In this document: positions 38,400 to 50,409 of the stretch, piece by piece | Position numbering within the stretch: the first letter of the stretch is position 1 | How the letters are laid out: each line of letters starts with the position of its first letter | Origin: Octopus sinensis | Lineage: Eukaryota | Length of the DNA: 64,000 nt | Direction: 5' to 3' | NCBI RefSeq assembly: GCF_006345805.1 | Contig: NC_043004.1 | Coordinates: 72,230,001-72,294,000, forward strand | Made by a program: the position numbers and the translations under genes | Notes under the pieces: model-generated | Databases searched by the model: none | What the model saw: the letters and a program-made list of their open reading frames with translations, nothing else | Told to the model about the DNA's origin: nothing

Positions 38400-41192
38400 C
38401 CAAATTGGTACCTGGCTCTCATAAGACCACCAAATCAGCAACGAGAAAAGGGTTCGGTAGAATACCGCATTGTCCATCGTGAATGTTAACAAGGGAAGCG
38501 TTCAGATCTTAGGTAGAGGAGTTCGTTCGAGACGTATATTGAGTCTTCACCGAATGCTGAAACAATCAGTATTAAATCTTCAAATCGTGCTGAGAAGTGT
38601 GGGGTGAGAGCAGAAGGGTTGCGTGTCCCAGCATGCCGACGTGGGTCCCAGAAGAAACAAACGTTAATTATTGGGATTTGGAATGTCACAACTCTTATCG
38701 TTAAAGAGTAAGGACTAGAGGAGGAGGTTAAACGCTACTCGCTACATGTAGTTAGTGTCTCTTCTGCTAGGTTCCGTGGATCTGGTACTGTAGATTTGGA
38801 TAGAGGGTGGAAACTCCCCTAGTCAGGGGTGGTGCCAACTACCTCTGCACTTGTTGGGGTGGGGATACTCTCAGGTGCGGACTGTTGAGTTGTGTTATGC
38901 AGTGGATCCCATTAGGTGGGAAAGTTTGTCTCCTGAAAATTAGGCTGAAAGAAGGGCCGTTGTGGCTTTTACAGGATATTCACCAAAGAGTAAGACCATT
39001 TACAGACCTTTACTTGATGAAGTCACCGCAGCATTAAATGTAATTTCAACTAGAAATGGGGTCTCCGATATAAGTATATCTGGTATATGAATACTTCGAG
39101 AAAGATGCCAACGAGAAATCTTGTTATCGTTTTGAACGTCTTTTGAGTCAATGATGGACGTTCGGGTAAAGGCAAGAGCGGAGTTATCAACTGATCCTCA
39201 CGCAGGTGTCTGCAAATTGAGACTGTCTATGACCGGAAGAACTCACAAAACCGATAATTCAAGTAAGACTTACCGGATTAAGTGAGAAGCCTTGGCAGAT
39301 GATAAGATCGGGAACAAATATGCGGGTACGTTAGCATCGTAATTCAAAGTCATTCCGGTACAAATTGAGCAGGTCAAAACGGAGTGGAGTTTGTTTTGTT
39401 CGGCAGTTTCTTCTGTTGAACAATTCTGTGGACGAAAGCGTTTCTGTGTGGCACCAGATTCTAAAGGAACATTCTGGCTATACCAAGAAGTTAAAGATTT
39501 CATCTGAGCAAAGAAGGACGTTTATAAAGCTTGGCTTCGGAAACAAGTCTTCTCTTTTGCGCAGACGATACAGCAAGTTGCGAAAAGTTCCACCAGAGAA
39601 AATACAAACGACGAAGGATAAACCATGTGAGGACTTTAGTGTTAAGCTGCATTCTAACTTTAGAATGCCCAGTAAAGTATTGTAGCAGAGCATCTGCTGT
39701 CTTCGTAACGAAAATTCCTCTTCCATAACTTCCATTAAGAATTCTGCTGTGGCTTTTCTCTCTACAGAGAGGAGATGGAGGAAATACTTTACTAATCACA
39801 ATAACATCTCCTGGTTCACATGTATTTATGGGCGAAGACTAAACCTCACAGCTAGAAGCAGCTAAGGTGCTCGAATGAGACAAATCTGATGGAGGGCATG
39901 AAATTCGACATGAGATGTTAAACGCTTTTTATAGAAGAGCTATTTTCTGGTTGATTCGTGTATCCCAGCTGACATAAACATCAAGGAAGACATCAAAGCA
40001 ATCCGAGTATTAATCCCATTTGTTAAAGCAGGAGAGAGAGAGTGTGTGCACTATTTTTAAAGGGATCTTCTTGTTTAGCTTCCCCGGTAAAAATTTGTCC
40101 TAAGTGACTGAAAAACAAAAGAATGGAAATTGTCGAGCATAAGGCCGTTGAAGAAAAATGTGGCCTCCATCCTGGACACCTCACAACTGATCAAGTGTCA
40201 CTTTATGACGAGTATCAGAGAGATCGTGAGAATATTACCAAGACGCACGCATTATAGACCTCAATGAACGTGCGTCGCAGGATATGTTGCGGAAGATTTT
40301 TCAGGAATTTGTGTACGGAGTGCGGTGAAGTCCCTATAACGAATTCCCAGATGTCTGTGTTCGGTCAACGGGTGCTAAATGGAAACTGTTCAACATAGAA
40401 GATGGATTTTGGCAGGAATATGCATAGGCACCCCTCCTTTCCATAAATTTATGAATGGATTGACACACATTACTTGTGGATGTGTATGTAACACAACCTG
40501 TGCGTGGAGGATCGGTCGACTGATATTTAAGAGACATTTTGAAGCTTGGCCTCAGCAGGAGGTGAGCTCCAACATGCAGTGAATAGGTTCACTGCTAAAT
40601 GCTGTAGAACGGAAATGAGAGCAAGTGTTGGGGACTGTGACACTGGAATTCTCGAGAAAGTCTTCCAGTGCACTGTGCATATGTTAGTGGAACGAGTATC
40701 TTGGAGCTGTATTTACGAATGATGGCAAGTAGGAGGCTGAATTGAGTGCTACAATGGTAGAGTAATGGGTCGGCTCTGGTATTCGATCCTTAGAAGAGGA
40801 GAGGTAAATCAGCAAGCCAAACACGCTACGATTGCGAATACAAGCAGCCGAAATTAGGTTCTTTTTAAGGACATTTGGATAAACGTTACTCGGCGGGAGT
40901 AAGAGTTTCTCTTCAGGTCGAGCTGCTACTTTTCTGCATTGAAAAGTCACAGCATCAGTGTTTAGAATATCACAGGAATAAATCACAAGAAGGATTCTTT
41001 AAGCCGAATCAACCGACAGGATTTGTCAATATCGATAGTGTCAGTTGTTCATTCTTGGGAATCTTACCAGATTGTCTAATGGTCGTTGCCTCTAAAAAGA
41101 TTTTATGGGAGAGATACCTAAGGATTCTAACCTCATCAAGATTGATGGGTGAATAGATGGATGGATGGATGGATGGATGGATGGATGGATGG
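38400..41192 (+). mobile_element. Degraded RTE-clade (Rex3/Expander-like) LINE with (GGAT)n tail
   Basis: IGIWNVTTLIVKE*GLEEEVKRYSLHVVSV..GSGTVDLDRGWKL..SG at about 38670-38830 (APE N-terminus); RT remnants near 40340-40450; (GGAT)n at 41156-41192. Confidence 0.8.
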
Positions 41193-41711
41193 CTATGTTA
41201 TGGGTGCCAAATGCAATGTCGTATTTTTAAATAAATAGTCTGAAGTCATACCACAAATAGTTACTATCAATTAACAAATTCACACCTAGCACAATCAGAT
41301 TTTTACATATTCCTAATACATGTACATGCTACCAGAAAAGAATCATTCATATTCAGGGATGATATCGAAATAGCACTTTACACATTTTGTTTTCTTCTGA
41401 AGAACCTGATGGTTTTGCCCGTGGAACCTGGAAACTAATTTTGAAATAAGAAAACATCTGTGTTAACTAGGGCGATAATATTTTGAATAAATATGTTGAC
41501 GATATGTGTTATGCAGATTTGATGTTATTATATGAAATGCAATATTACTTTTAGGCACCCCTAATGTGTGTGTGTATGTGTGTGTGTTTGTGTGCGTGTA
41601 TGTATGTGTAGACATACATTCATACGTATTTATACTTTTTATTTATTTCTTTATTGGTTATTTTTTGTTGATGCGTCATCCAGGAATATTCTATACACAG
41701 CCCTGTGTATG

Positions 41712-42927
41712 TAAAAGGTATTCGGGCTAAATTTGAGAAACAACTTAATGCATTGGAGAAAAGTCAACAGTATCGTAGAGCATTGAGATTAAATTTGTAA
41801 TTGAGTAAAGGTTATCTGACGCGGAAAGCTGGAAGACATCTAAATATTGGAAACGAGTTACTTGTATCATGATTATTCGTACTTGGTATCAAAATGTTAA
41901 CATCACGACTGCTGCTCAATGCCCTGTGAACATTGTAAATATTGAAAGATGTAAAATAGAGAAATGCAACGGAGATTACGAAGTTGGTGCCGGAAGGAAT
42001 TGATTCAGTAATTGTAGGACAATTTCATGGATGATCCATGCAAAGGAATTGAGTTTTTGGTTAGAGGCGGAGATTGGTGTCTGAGTTGCAACCATGAAAC
42101 AGGCGTTGAATGAGGACCACTCGTACCTGAGACGCAAAGACAATTCTGACAGCCAAAGCCAAGGAGAACCTCTTGACTAAAGCAAAAATATTCCTGAACA
42201 AGCTGAGACATTCTGCTGAACCGAGGATTATCTTGTTCTTCTCAGATGAAAAGAACGTCTGCCAGAACCAGTCGCACAAAACCAGAACAGCAAGTAGCTT
42301 ACCCACAACCCATGCGATGTCCCACGTATCATGAAAATTAAGTTTCCCAAAACTATAATGATCCTTGAATGTGGCTCCAGTGACGGTGACGTCATACTGA
42401 TGCACATCTTTAAACATGGCATTTGGTTCAGTTCAGATGGCGATGTGAAGCTGACTGGAGAGGGTTACTGCGCTGGGAGGACATATTGTCGCAACGCGAT
42501 TCGGTTCCTTGTCATACTTACGGAAAGAGACATAAGTGGTTGTCGGAGAATTTCTACTACTTCACTAGCTCTAATTTTTGGCATCCTAATTCCCTCCTTC
42601 GAATACCATCCCATGGAATACCACTGTGTGGGGCGCAGCTGAGAAAGACACCAACCGCTCTGCCTGCGCAATCAAGTCCGAGCTGGTGGCCATGATCGAG
42701 GAGTTTGGAAATCTTCTCAGAGGCAAAGTAAGGAATACATGCACAAGCTTCCGGAGCCATTTTGAGTTTGTGCTTGAAGCCGATAGGGGTTACTTCGAGT
42801 AAATTCTTATCTGCCAATCATAATCTACTTGATATATTTTGTTCTGTTTAAATGTTTTCAGTTTTGAAAGTGACACTGTGTTTTATATTCGTTTATGCAA
42901 ACTATCAAATTTAACCCGAACACTCAG
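41712..42927 (+). mobile_element. Degraded DD37D (maT-type) Tc1/mariner transposon
   Basis: TIRs GGTATTCGGGCTAAATTTGA (about 41717) and TCAAATTTAACCCGAACACTCAG|TA (42905-42929). Motifs FFSDEKN, DVPRIMKIKFPKTIM, QRDSVPCH, WLSENF..FWHPNS, RGYFE*. Confidence 0.8.
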
Positions 42928-43315
42928 TATATGCACATTTTTCCTGAGACTCCGTAAATTAACATGCGAGGTAATAAATGGTTATGACAATACATTGTTA
43001 CTGATGCGGTTTTGCCAGTTACCATTGAAATGTTTATGTATGACGGTCTAACTTCTTTATTTGCTGTCAGAGACACCATATTTCCTTTTGGAGCAATAAT
43101 TTACTATCAGGTATATTTTAGATTTCTAAATCAACGTTGTTTCTTAACTGAATTAGCAATGCAAATTAATGACTTTTGAAGTAATATAAATTAGAGCCAG
43201 CACTGAAAGTTACCTTTCGACATTTTGTATAAGGATTTGTCTATGTAAATAATGCGATCGAAGATAGAAGAATAGATTGTGAGTGTGTATGCATATTTTA
43301 AGAGTTATTGCTCCT

Positions 43316-43625
43316 TTTTCAGCACCATATCCAACCTATTAACAATCCATGAACAAATTGCTTAAGTAGCTACTAAATCTAGCGGTGTAACACAAATGGA
43401 GAGACTGTATTAAACATATTCCTGGCAACTAGTACATACATGAAAGAAAGACAGATTATTTACAAAATTTTTCAGCACCATATCCAACCTATTAACAATC
43501 CATGAACACAATTTCTTAAGTAGCTACTAAATCTAGCGGTGTAACACAAATGGAGAGACTGTATTAAACATATTCCTGGCAACTAGTACATACATGAAAG
43601 AAAGACAGATTATTTACAAAATTTT
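43316..43625. repeat. 153-bp tandem duplication, 2 near-identical copies
   Basis: CAGCACCATATCC at 43320 and 43473. Confidence 0.95.
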
Positions 43626-44304
43626 AAGCATACAGTTTATAAAGATAGTTCAAACGATTGTAAAGTTTGCATTAGGAGAGTGAGAGAAAGAAATAAGACA
43701 CGGTCCCCCAAAAGAACGATATAACGGAAAGAAAGAAATAAGTAAAGATTAAAGAGATGTGTTAACTGAGAGCTAATAAAGGAAATTTTCCAGAAAGATA
43801 AAAGGGAAGTTTATAGCAAAAATGAAAAGAAAATGAGAAATCATTACATTTACGAAGAGAGAAAATGTTTTATAGTTTTCTTATAAATAAAGATGATATA
43901 ATATTAGAATTTTAAATAAGATTCTTGCTTCGAATTTATTAAAAGTTAAAATGCATTCATCTCACCTTATCATGTACAGAAAAGAAGGGAAATTGCTTAC
44001 GTTAAGTCTGGCTCGTGGACAAACGAAAGATATTATCGTAAAAGTCCATTTTACAAGAGAAATGTTTGTTTTAAGATAGTATTTTTTAAGGACACCGGAC
44101 GGAACTAATGTAGTAGAAAGTATATCCGTGTAAAGCATATATTTTTTTATATATAATTTGCTTGGACGGTACTACATTTCTTAATAGTGATTGTCTTCAA
44201 TACCGTAAGGGAAGTGGAACAAGAAACAAAAATCGTTCTAACTATATGGCAGCTATATTATAAATAATGTGTACATACATACATAATAGCATAGAGGGAG
44301 AGAA

Positions 44305-44349
<45 letters not shown>

Positions 44350-44385
44350 AACAGACAGACAGATAGATAGAGAGGTAGATAGATG

Positions 44386-44452
<67 letters not shown>

Positions 44453-44754
44453 TTCTTTATTGGCCACACAGGGCTAAACACAGAGGGGACAATTACAATG
44501 TAGAGTTTTTCTTTTTGAGGGGGGGGGCGAAAACAAAGTAAAAAAAATAGGGACAACGATCAAAATGGATCGAAATCGTTGGGGATATACGCAAAAAATG
44601 TCGAAATAGTACAAAAAGTTCCCAAAAAATGGGGGGGTTTATCTGTGGAAAAGAAAACCTATGAAAAGACCACAGTAACCTCGGCAATAACGTCACATAT
44701 TAACATGTATATACAAATAAGTAACTCTTATTAAATTTGTTTGGTTCATAGGAT

Positions 44755-47700
44755 CATGTTCAGGTGGCTTTGTCATTCATACGTGCCATCCTTGCTACAT
44801 TTACCCATCTTTTTTTTTAAACAGTCGCTAGACAAAACTTCCCTCTCCGCTCTCACCTTCCTTTTCAAGTGATACTTGAAAACGTTGATGAGAGAACGAC
44901 CAGAGAGGAAAGTGTTTGTCTTTAATCCTTTTAGACGCGTCCACCAGATACATTCTTTCGCCGTAGCTACAAGTATGTTGAAAATAGCTCTTCCTTCCCG
45001 TTTGAAGGAAGGAGGCGTGACGATAGTGACGATAGACTCGGCTGATAAACAGATTCATCCCACAGGTGAAAGCAGTCGTTCGACATAAGCCCACAGATCG
45101 GATATGGTTGGACACTGCACGAGTGCGTGCAGAATGGTTTCGTCACTCTGACCGCATCTCGGGCAGGTCAGCCCCGTGTTTCTCGAACCATGTCTATAGA
45201 GCTTATCCCGAACGGGTAGCGCTTCTCGATAGCACTGCCAGTCCAGGGATCTCTGGAAATTGTCCATAGATCCTGGCCCGAAATTCGTCCTGAACAGGTG
45301 GGTCAGGTATTCCTCGTCGGCGCCCAGGTTCGCCCGGAGATCATCGTCGTACCTCCCCTCAAATAGTCCCCTATAGAATGCTCTGGTTGCGTTGAAGACG
45401 CTCATGGTCGACACGGGACGGCAGAGTTGCTTGAGAGTAACGCGTCACTCGCAATGCCATTCGCCCTTCCTCGGCCTCTTTTTGATCCACGATTGCAGCT
45501 CGGTCATGGACAAGAGATGCATGAAAGTGCGCCGCAAAAACGGCGACCAAACCTGCTCACCGTCGTCTACGTAGAGCCGGAGATGTCATGGTCTCAGCGC
45601 TTGTCTGCGCATCATCAACCACGGGTGATGACAGCAAACTGATCGCCTGACTATCGGAACGTTTCCTTTCCACAAGAAGCGGCAGAGGATGCGCTGCATC
45701 TTGGTGACGGAGGGTCGGGACAAGGCACGACGGTCAGGCGGTAGTTGATGACGGATGCGATGTACGCGTTCGCCACCTCCGCCCGACCTTTTAGGGACAG
45801 CTTCTTCTCGGTCCATTGCCAGCAAAGAGTGGCCACCCTACTCGTTATCTCGTTCCAGTTCTTCTCCGTTTGCAGGTCTGGGCCGAACCAGACTCCGAAC
45901 AATTTGACTGGCCCGTCCGTCCAGCGTCCCACTACTGAGGCGCTGGTGGACGGCATGGGCTTGCTTCTCCAGGTGCCGAGCCGCAAGCCCACTGACTTTT
46001 TTCGGTTGATTTTTGCTGCCGTCACCGCTTCGTAGTCTTGCAGTGTCTCGCCGACTAGCTCGATGTGCTCGTGGCTAGACACTATGACGGTGGCGTCGTC
46101 CGCCTATGAGGACACGCTCGTTCCGCATCCCAGTTCCCGTGGGATGCCCCTCTGCGTCGCCAGCTTCCGCAGTAGTGGCTCGAGAGTCAATACGTACAGA
46201 AGCCACGAGAGGGGGCACCCTTGACGGACCGAACGTGCAATGTCGAAAGGTCTCAATAGATGCCCATTCACGCAAATTATCGAACGGATGCCTCTGATTA
46301 AGGCCGCCATCCAGCCGCGGAATATGGGACCGAAGCCAGCCGCTATGAGGACAGCCTCCAAGTATCGATGGTCTACCCTATCGAAAGCTTTCGATTGATC
46401 CAAATTGATCAGGGCCCCACCCATGCCAGGTTCCTTAGCTAACCTGTCTATGATGTAGCGCATCAGATGGAGGTTGTCGTGGATGCTCCGGCCCGGCACG
46501 GTGCAAGTTTGCGCCTTGTCGACCAGTTTCTCAATGACAAGCACCAACCTCTTGGCTAACACCTTGGCCAAAATTTTCAGATCTGCATTGAGCAGAGTGG
46601 TGGGCCTAAAGTTATCTATAATATACCCCTTGTTTGGATCTTTCTTTACCAGCGTTACGGCACCTCGGCTCACAAAACCGGGTATGCTTCCGTTCTGCTG
46701 CAAGTTGCAGTACACCGCTGCTAAGACGTCTCCAAACAAATCTGGTATGCAATTGTAAAGCTCGTAGGGCAGACCATCCAAACCCGGCGATTTGTCCCTT
46801 GAGCATCCCTCACTTCCGACGCCGTGATGGCACCTTCGCAGCACTCCGCCTCTCTTGTCGAGAGTCGTGGCAGGCTGTGCAGATAGTCACTGAAGTCCAA
46901 CCTGCGTTCTCGCTGGCCACTCCTCCCGAACAGTCGGGCAAAATGCTGCTGAACCGCCTCGTACATCTTGCTCGGTTGGAGCAACTCACGTCCCTGTTCA
47001 TCTACCAGAGACCGAATGGTGGATTTATTGCCCCGTTGCGCCTCCGCTACCCGGGCCTCTCTCGCGGCTCCAACACCTTCCATCCTTAGAGCACGCATCC
47101 TAGCCCTGACAGAACACCCTTCGTGTTTGGCGTTGAAGTGTTGGTCGAGGGCTAACCTCACCGCCAAAACGTCGGATGTGATGCCGCTTCTTATTGCCTC
47201 TTCTTACTTCTTAATTAGCTCACCCTCTACTCTGTTTCTATCTATGGCTAGTGCTTTGCTATACCTAATCGCTTCTGCTTTTACTGCTCTCTTGAGGGCA
47301 AACCACCATTTGTTGTTGACGATGGCTCCCGTCAAAGCCCCCTTTACTAGTGTGCTAATTCAGTTTCTGAAAACCTGTCTCGACGGGAAAGACGCGTTCA
47401 GTTTCCAGTAACTGGGATCCTGCCTACGTGCGTACACGTCACAAGTTTGTGATCTGTGTAGCTGACAATGTGGAATTGTGGACATCCTAAGCTATCCCTA
47501 TCTGCTGTCCTGCATAGTATCCTATCTAGATACGATCTCGACGACCCAATGCGGTTGCTCCATGTCCACGTTGGCACATTTGGGTGGTCGAGTCGGTACC
47601 TGTCAGACAGTTGAAAGCGTCTGAGCAGGTCTCTGAGGCATTTACATCCCCGTCTATTTTCGTCCCTCCCCACGTAATCTAGATGCATGTCCAAGGTAGC

Positions 47701-48118
47701 ATTCCAATCCCCCACTAAAAGTAAAGGACGAGACGTCCAGGAATATTTCTAGACGTCGGAATTAATCCGCCCGACCTGTTAAGGCGTTGCATAAACTGCC
47801 AGGAGTCGAAAAGCGCACCCATCCCTGCCGTCGACATCCAGGACAACCAGTCTACCCTGCGGGTCTACGAATATCGTCTTGACTTCGAGATCCAGGCTCT
47901 TGCGAAAAAGTACCACTATCGCCCATTCTTGGCAGACAGGGAGAAAAATAAATGTTAAACTGTCCGCCAAACATGGACTTTAGGGCCCGTGGTTCATGGA
48001 GTCTGGTCTCACTTATTGCTATGATTTCCAAATTATGTGACTTGATGTCATTTAAAAGGTACCCTTGTGTCCAAGGGGGCCCCAAGCCACGCGCATTCAC
48101 ACAACCAATCTTGACCAT
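44755..48118 (-). pseudogene. ORF2 (APE-RT-zinc finger) of element A, multiple frameshifts
   Basis: ORF pieces 47852..48118, 47398..47715, 46721..47167, 46104..46844, 45651..46082 and 45055..45414 are collinear with ORF2 of element B. Confidence 0.9.
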
Positions 48119-48353
48119 GATCCTATTGAGTTGTGTGCTTTAAAACGCAAACGAAAGGAAAGGAGAGTTACTTACCTTTCGAAAGACTTGGCTTCTCCTT
48201 TGATTTTTCATCAAGGAGGCTGTTATGCATTTTTTTACATAAATATTTATGACATCCCCCTACCGCATAGGGATTTTAGTGTGGTGCAATGTTGGTGATA
48301 TGTGATAGATTTTAATGTGTTCTGGTGGTGTTGTATGTGGGTGGTTGTTCGTT

Positions 48354-50166
48354 TTAATGTCCTTTTCTGTAATGTTTGTGTTTGTGTTGATGTATTTCAT
48401 CAACTCTGTTTTTGGTATCTATGGCTGTGAGCATATTCTTTTTATATATTTTTGTGGCGTTGATATTGTTTGTGGTAGGGTTTGAGATGTCTTTGGGAGA
48501 CGTATATCTCCCTGCTTTGTTTGCGTTTGTATTTGATTTTCTTCTTTTTTTGCTCCTTTTCCTCCTTCCTTTTCTGGCTATTTGCCATTCCTCAGTGCTT
48601 TCGTCTTCCGACGAAATTTCCGAGGAATCGGAAGGGGGTAGGGGCATGTTGTAGGCTTCAATGTGTGTTCAATTGTTTGTGTTGTTGTTTTCATTGATGT
48701 TGGTTGTTGACTGCTTGTGTGTGGTGTGTGTGATGTGGGGGAAGGGGAATCAGTTTTTTTATTGTCTTTTGGTTTTACTGCTTCATTAGTTCTTTTGTTG
48801 GTGGTGTTTTTTCAGATGTTGTATGTTCATTTGTTGGTATTGGCGGGTTTGGTTTTTTTACTCCATTTGTTTGTCCTTTGTACTGATGGTGCTGTGGGTA
48901 GTAGTGGTTCTCTTCTTGCTGTTGTTGTTGGTGTTTTTTCAGATGTTGTTGTATGTTCATTTGTTGGTGTTGGCGAGTTTGGTTCTGTATTCTCTTTGCT
49001 TGTCCTCTGTGCTGATGGTGGTGTGGGTAGTAGTGGTTCTTTTTTCTTTTGACATTTTCCTTGTTGTGGTTGTTGTTTTTTTGCTGTTGGGCAATCATTT
49101 TTGAAGTGTTCCTCGCTGCCACACAAGTAACTGCGAGGCCTCCTACCCTCTACCACCACGTAAAGGAAATCGCCGTCTGGCAGCTCACCTTGGTGGGGAA
49201 TGTTATTGATTTGGTTTTGATCGATTTGCATTTTACCCCGATCATTTCTTTTCCTCCAAGACGGCATATTCCAGAATATTTATATTTTCCTCCATTTTGT
49301 AGCAAATGGCTGACAACAGCCATAATGAATCTATTTCTGGAGGGACATTTTTAATCGAAATTTTGGTCACACGTTGACCAAGGTAGGTCGTAATTAAAAT
49401 GAGTTTTTCAGACTGTAATGTGAGCGTCGAAAGTTCTTTCGCTCTTTCTTTGCTGTCGAAGTGAACCTGTATCGTGGCATATTTGTTTCCCCAATTTAAA
49501 TAATTTTTGTAGGCCCATATTGGCTGTAAACATTTTTCAATAAGTTCTGGTTGTGCTTGTTCTGGTCTGCGTGTTTTTGCGATTAGGACTTTGTATGTTA
49601 TTGTTTTCTTTTGTTTGTTGTCTATGATGTTTTCTGGTATATGTAAGCGTAGATGTGAACCTTCTTCAGTTAACAGGGTTTTTCTTTGTTTTATTTGTTC
49701 TGTTGTGAAGTGTAATATTGTCTTTTTTTGTTTTAATGCTTGTGCAAAATTGGGTTTGGTGGTAGTGTTGGTGGCAGAGGTGTCACTTGTAGTAGTTGAG
49801 GTTGTAGTAGTGGTGTTATTGTTGGCAGTTATCGTACACGGTAAAATGAAGATATCGTTGTTGTTCTTGTTGTTGGTGGTGGTGTTGGTGGTGGTGGTAG
49901 CAGTGTTAGCCTTTTTGTTGTTGTTGGTGGTGGCAGTGGTGGTCTCGTTGTTGTTGGTGGTGGTGGTGGTGACAGGGCTGTTAACGAAAGTGGTGGCAGC
50001 GTTCACTTCCACTTAGGTTTGTCTTTGATGTCTTGCTGGTCATGTCCGTATCTATTAGAATGTGTGTGCGTGCAGGTGTTCTTTTTTCTCCTAGCGTTTC
50101 AAGGCTAGGGAAATGCTGGTCCATGAAAGAATTTGACCAGCGTTCGACAATAACATTTCTCGACAT
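48354..50166 (-). pseudogene. ORF1 of element A: T/N-rich linker, nucleic-acid-binding region, zinc knuckle and an internal about 126-bp tandem repeat; frameshifted
   Basis: MSRNVIVERW..., then ORF 49242..50012, YLCGSEEHFKNDCP (CX2CX4HX4C remnant) and duplicated EPLLPT(P/A)PS units. Confidence 0.8.
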
Positions 50167-50324
50167 GTTTTAATGTCGAGAAGAAAAATATACGAATTGG
50201 AAAAACACTCGAACGAAATTTGTGTGCTTTACACACCTTATTTACAAAAATGTATACAAAATGAGGGCTATAAATAGTCAAAATAAACGATTACCTTCGG
50301 AGCCGATGTGGCAACACGTCAGTC

Positions 50325-50408
<84 letters not shown>

Positions 50409-50409
<1 letters not shown>

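Larger units (their letters stand above)
44453..50324 (-). mobile_element. Full-length Tx1/L1-type non-LTR retrotransposon A between (GATA)n tracts; ORFs disrupted
   Basis: 5'UTR, ORF1 from ATG 50166, ORF2 from ATG 48118 with APE (CVNARG, ISETRL, DWNATL, SYLDRI, TDH), RT (SPGLDGLP, DQSKAFDRVDH, QGCPLS) and CPRCGQSDETILHAL; 3' end AATAAAGAAA then (TATC)n. Confidence 0.93.
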
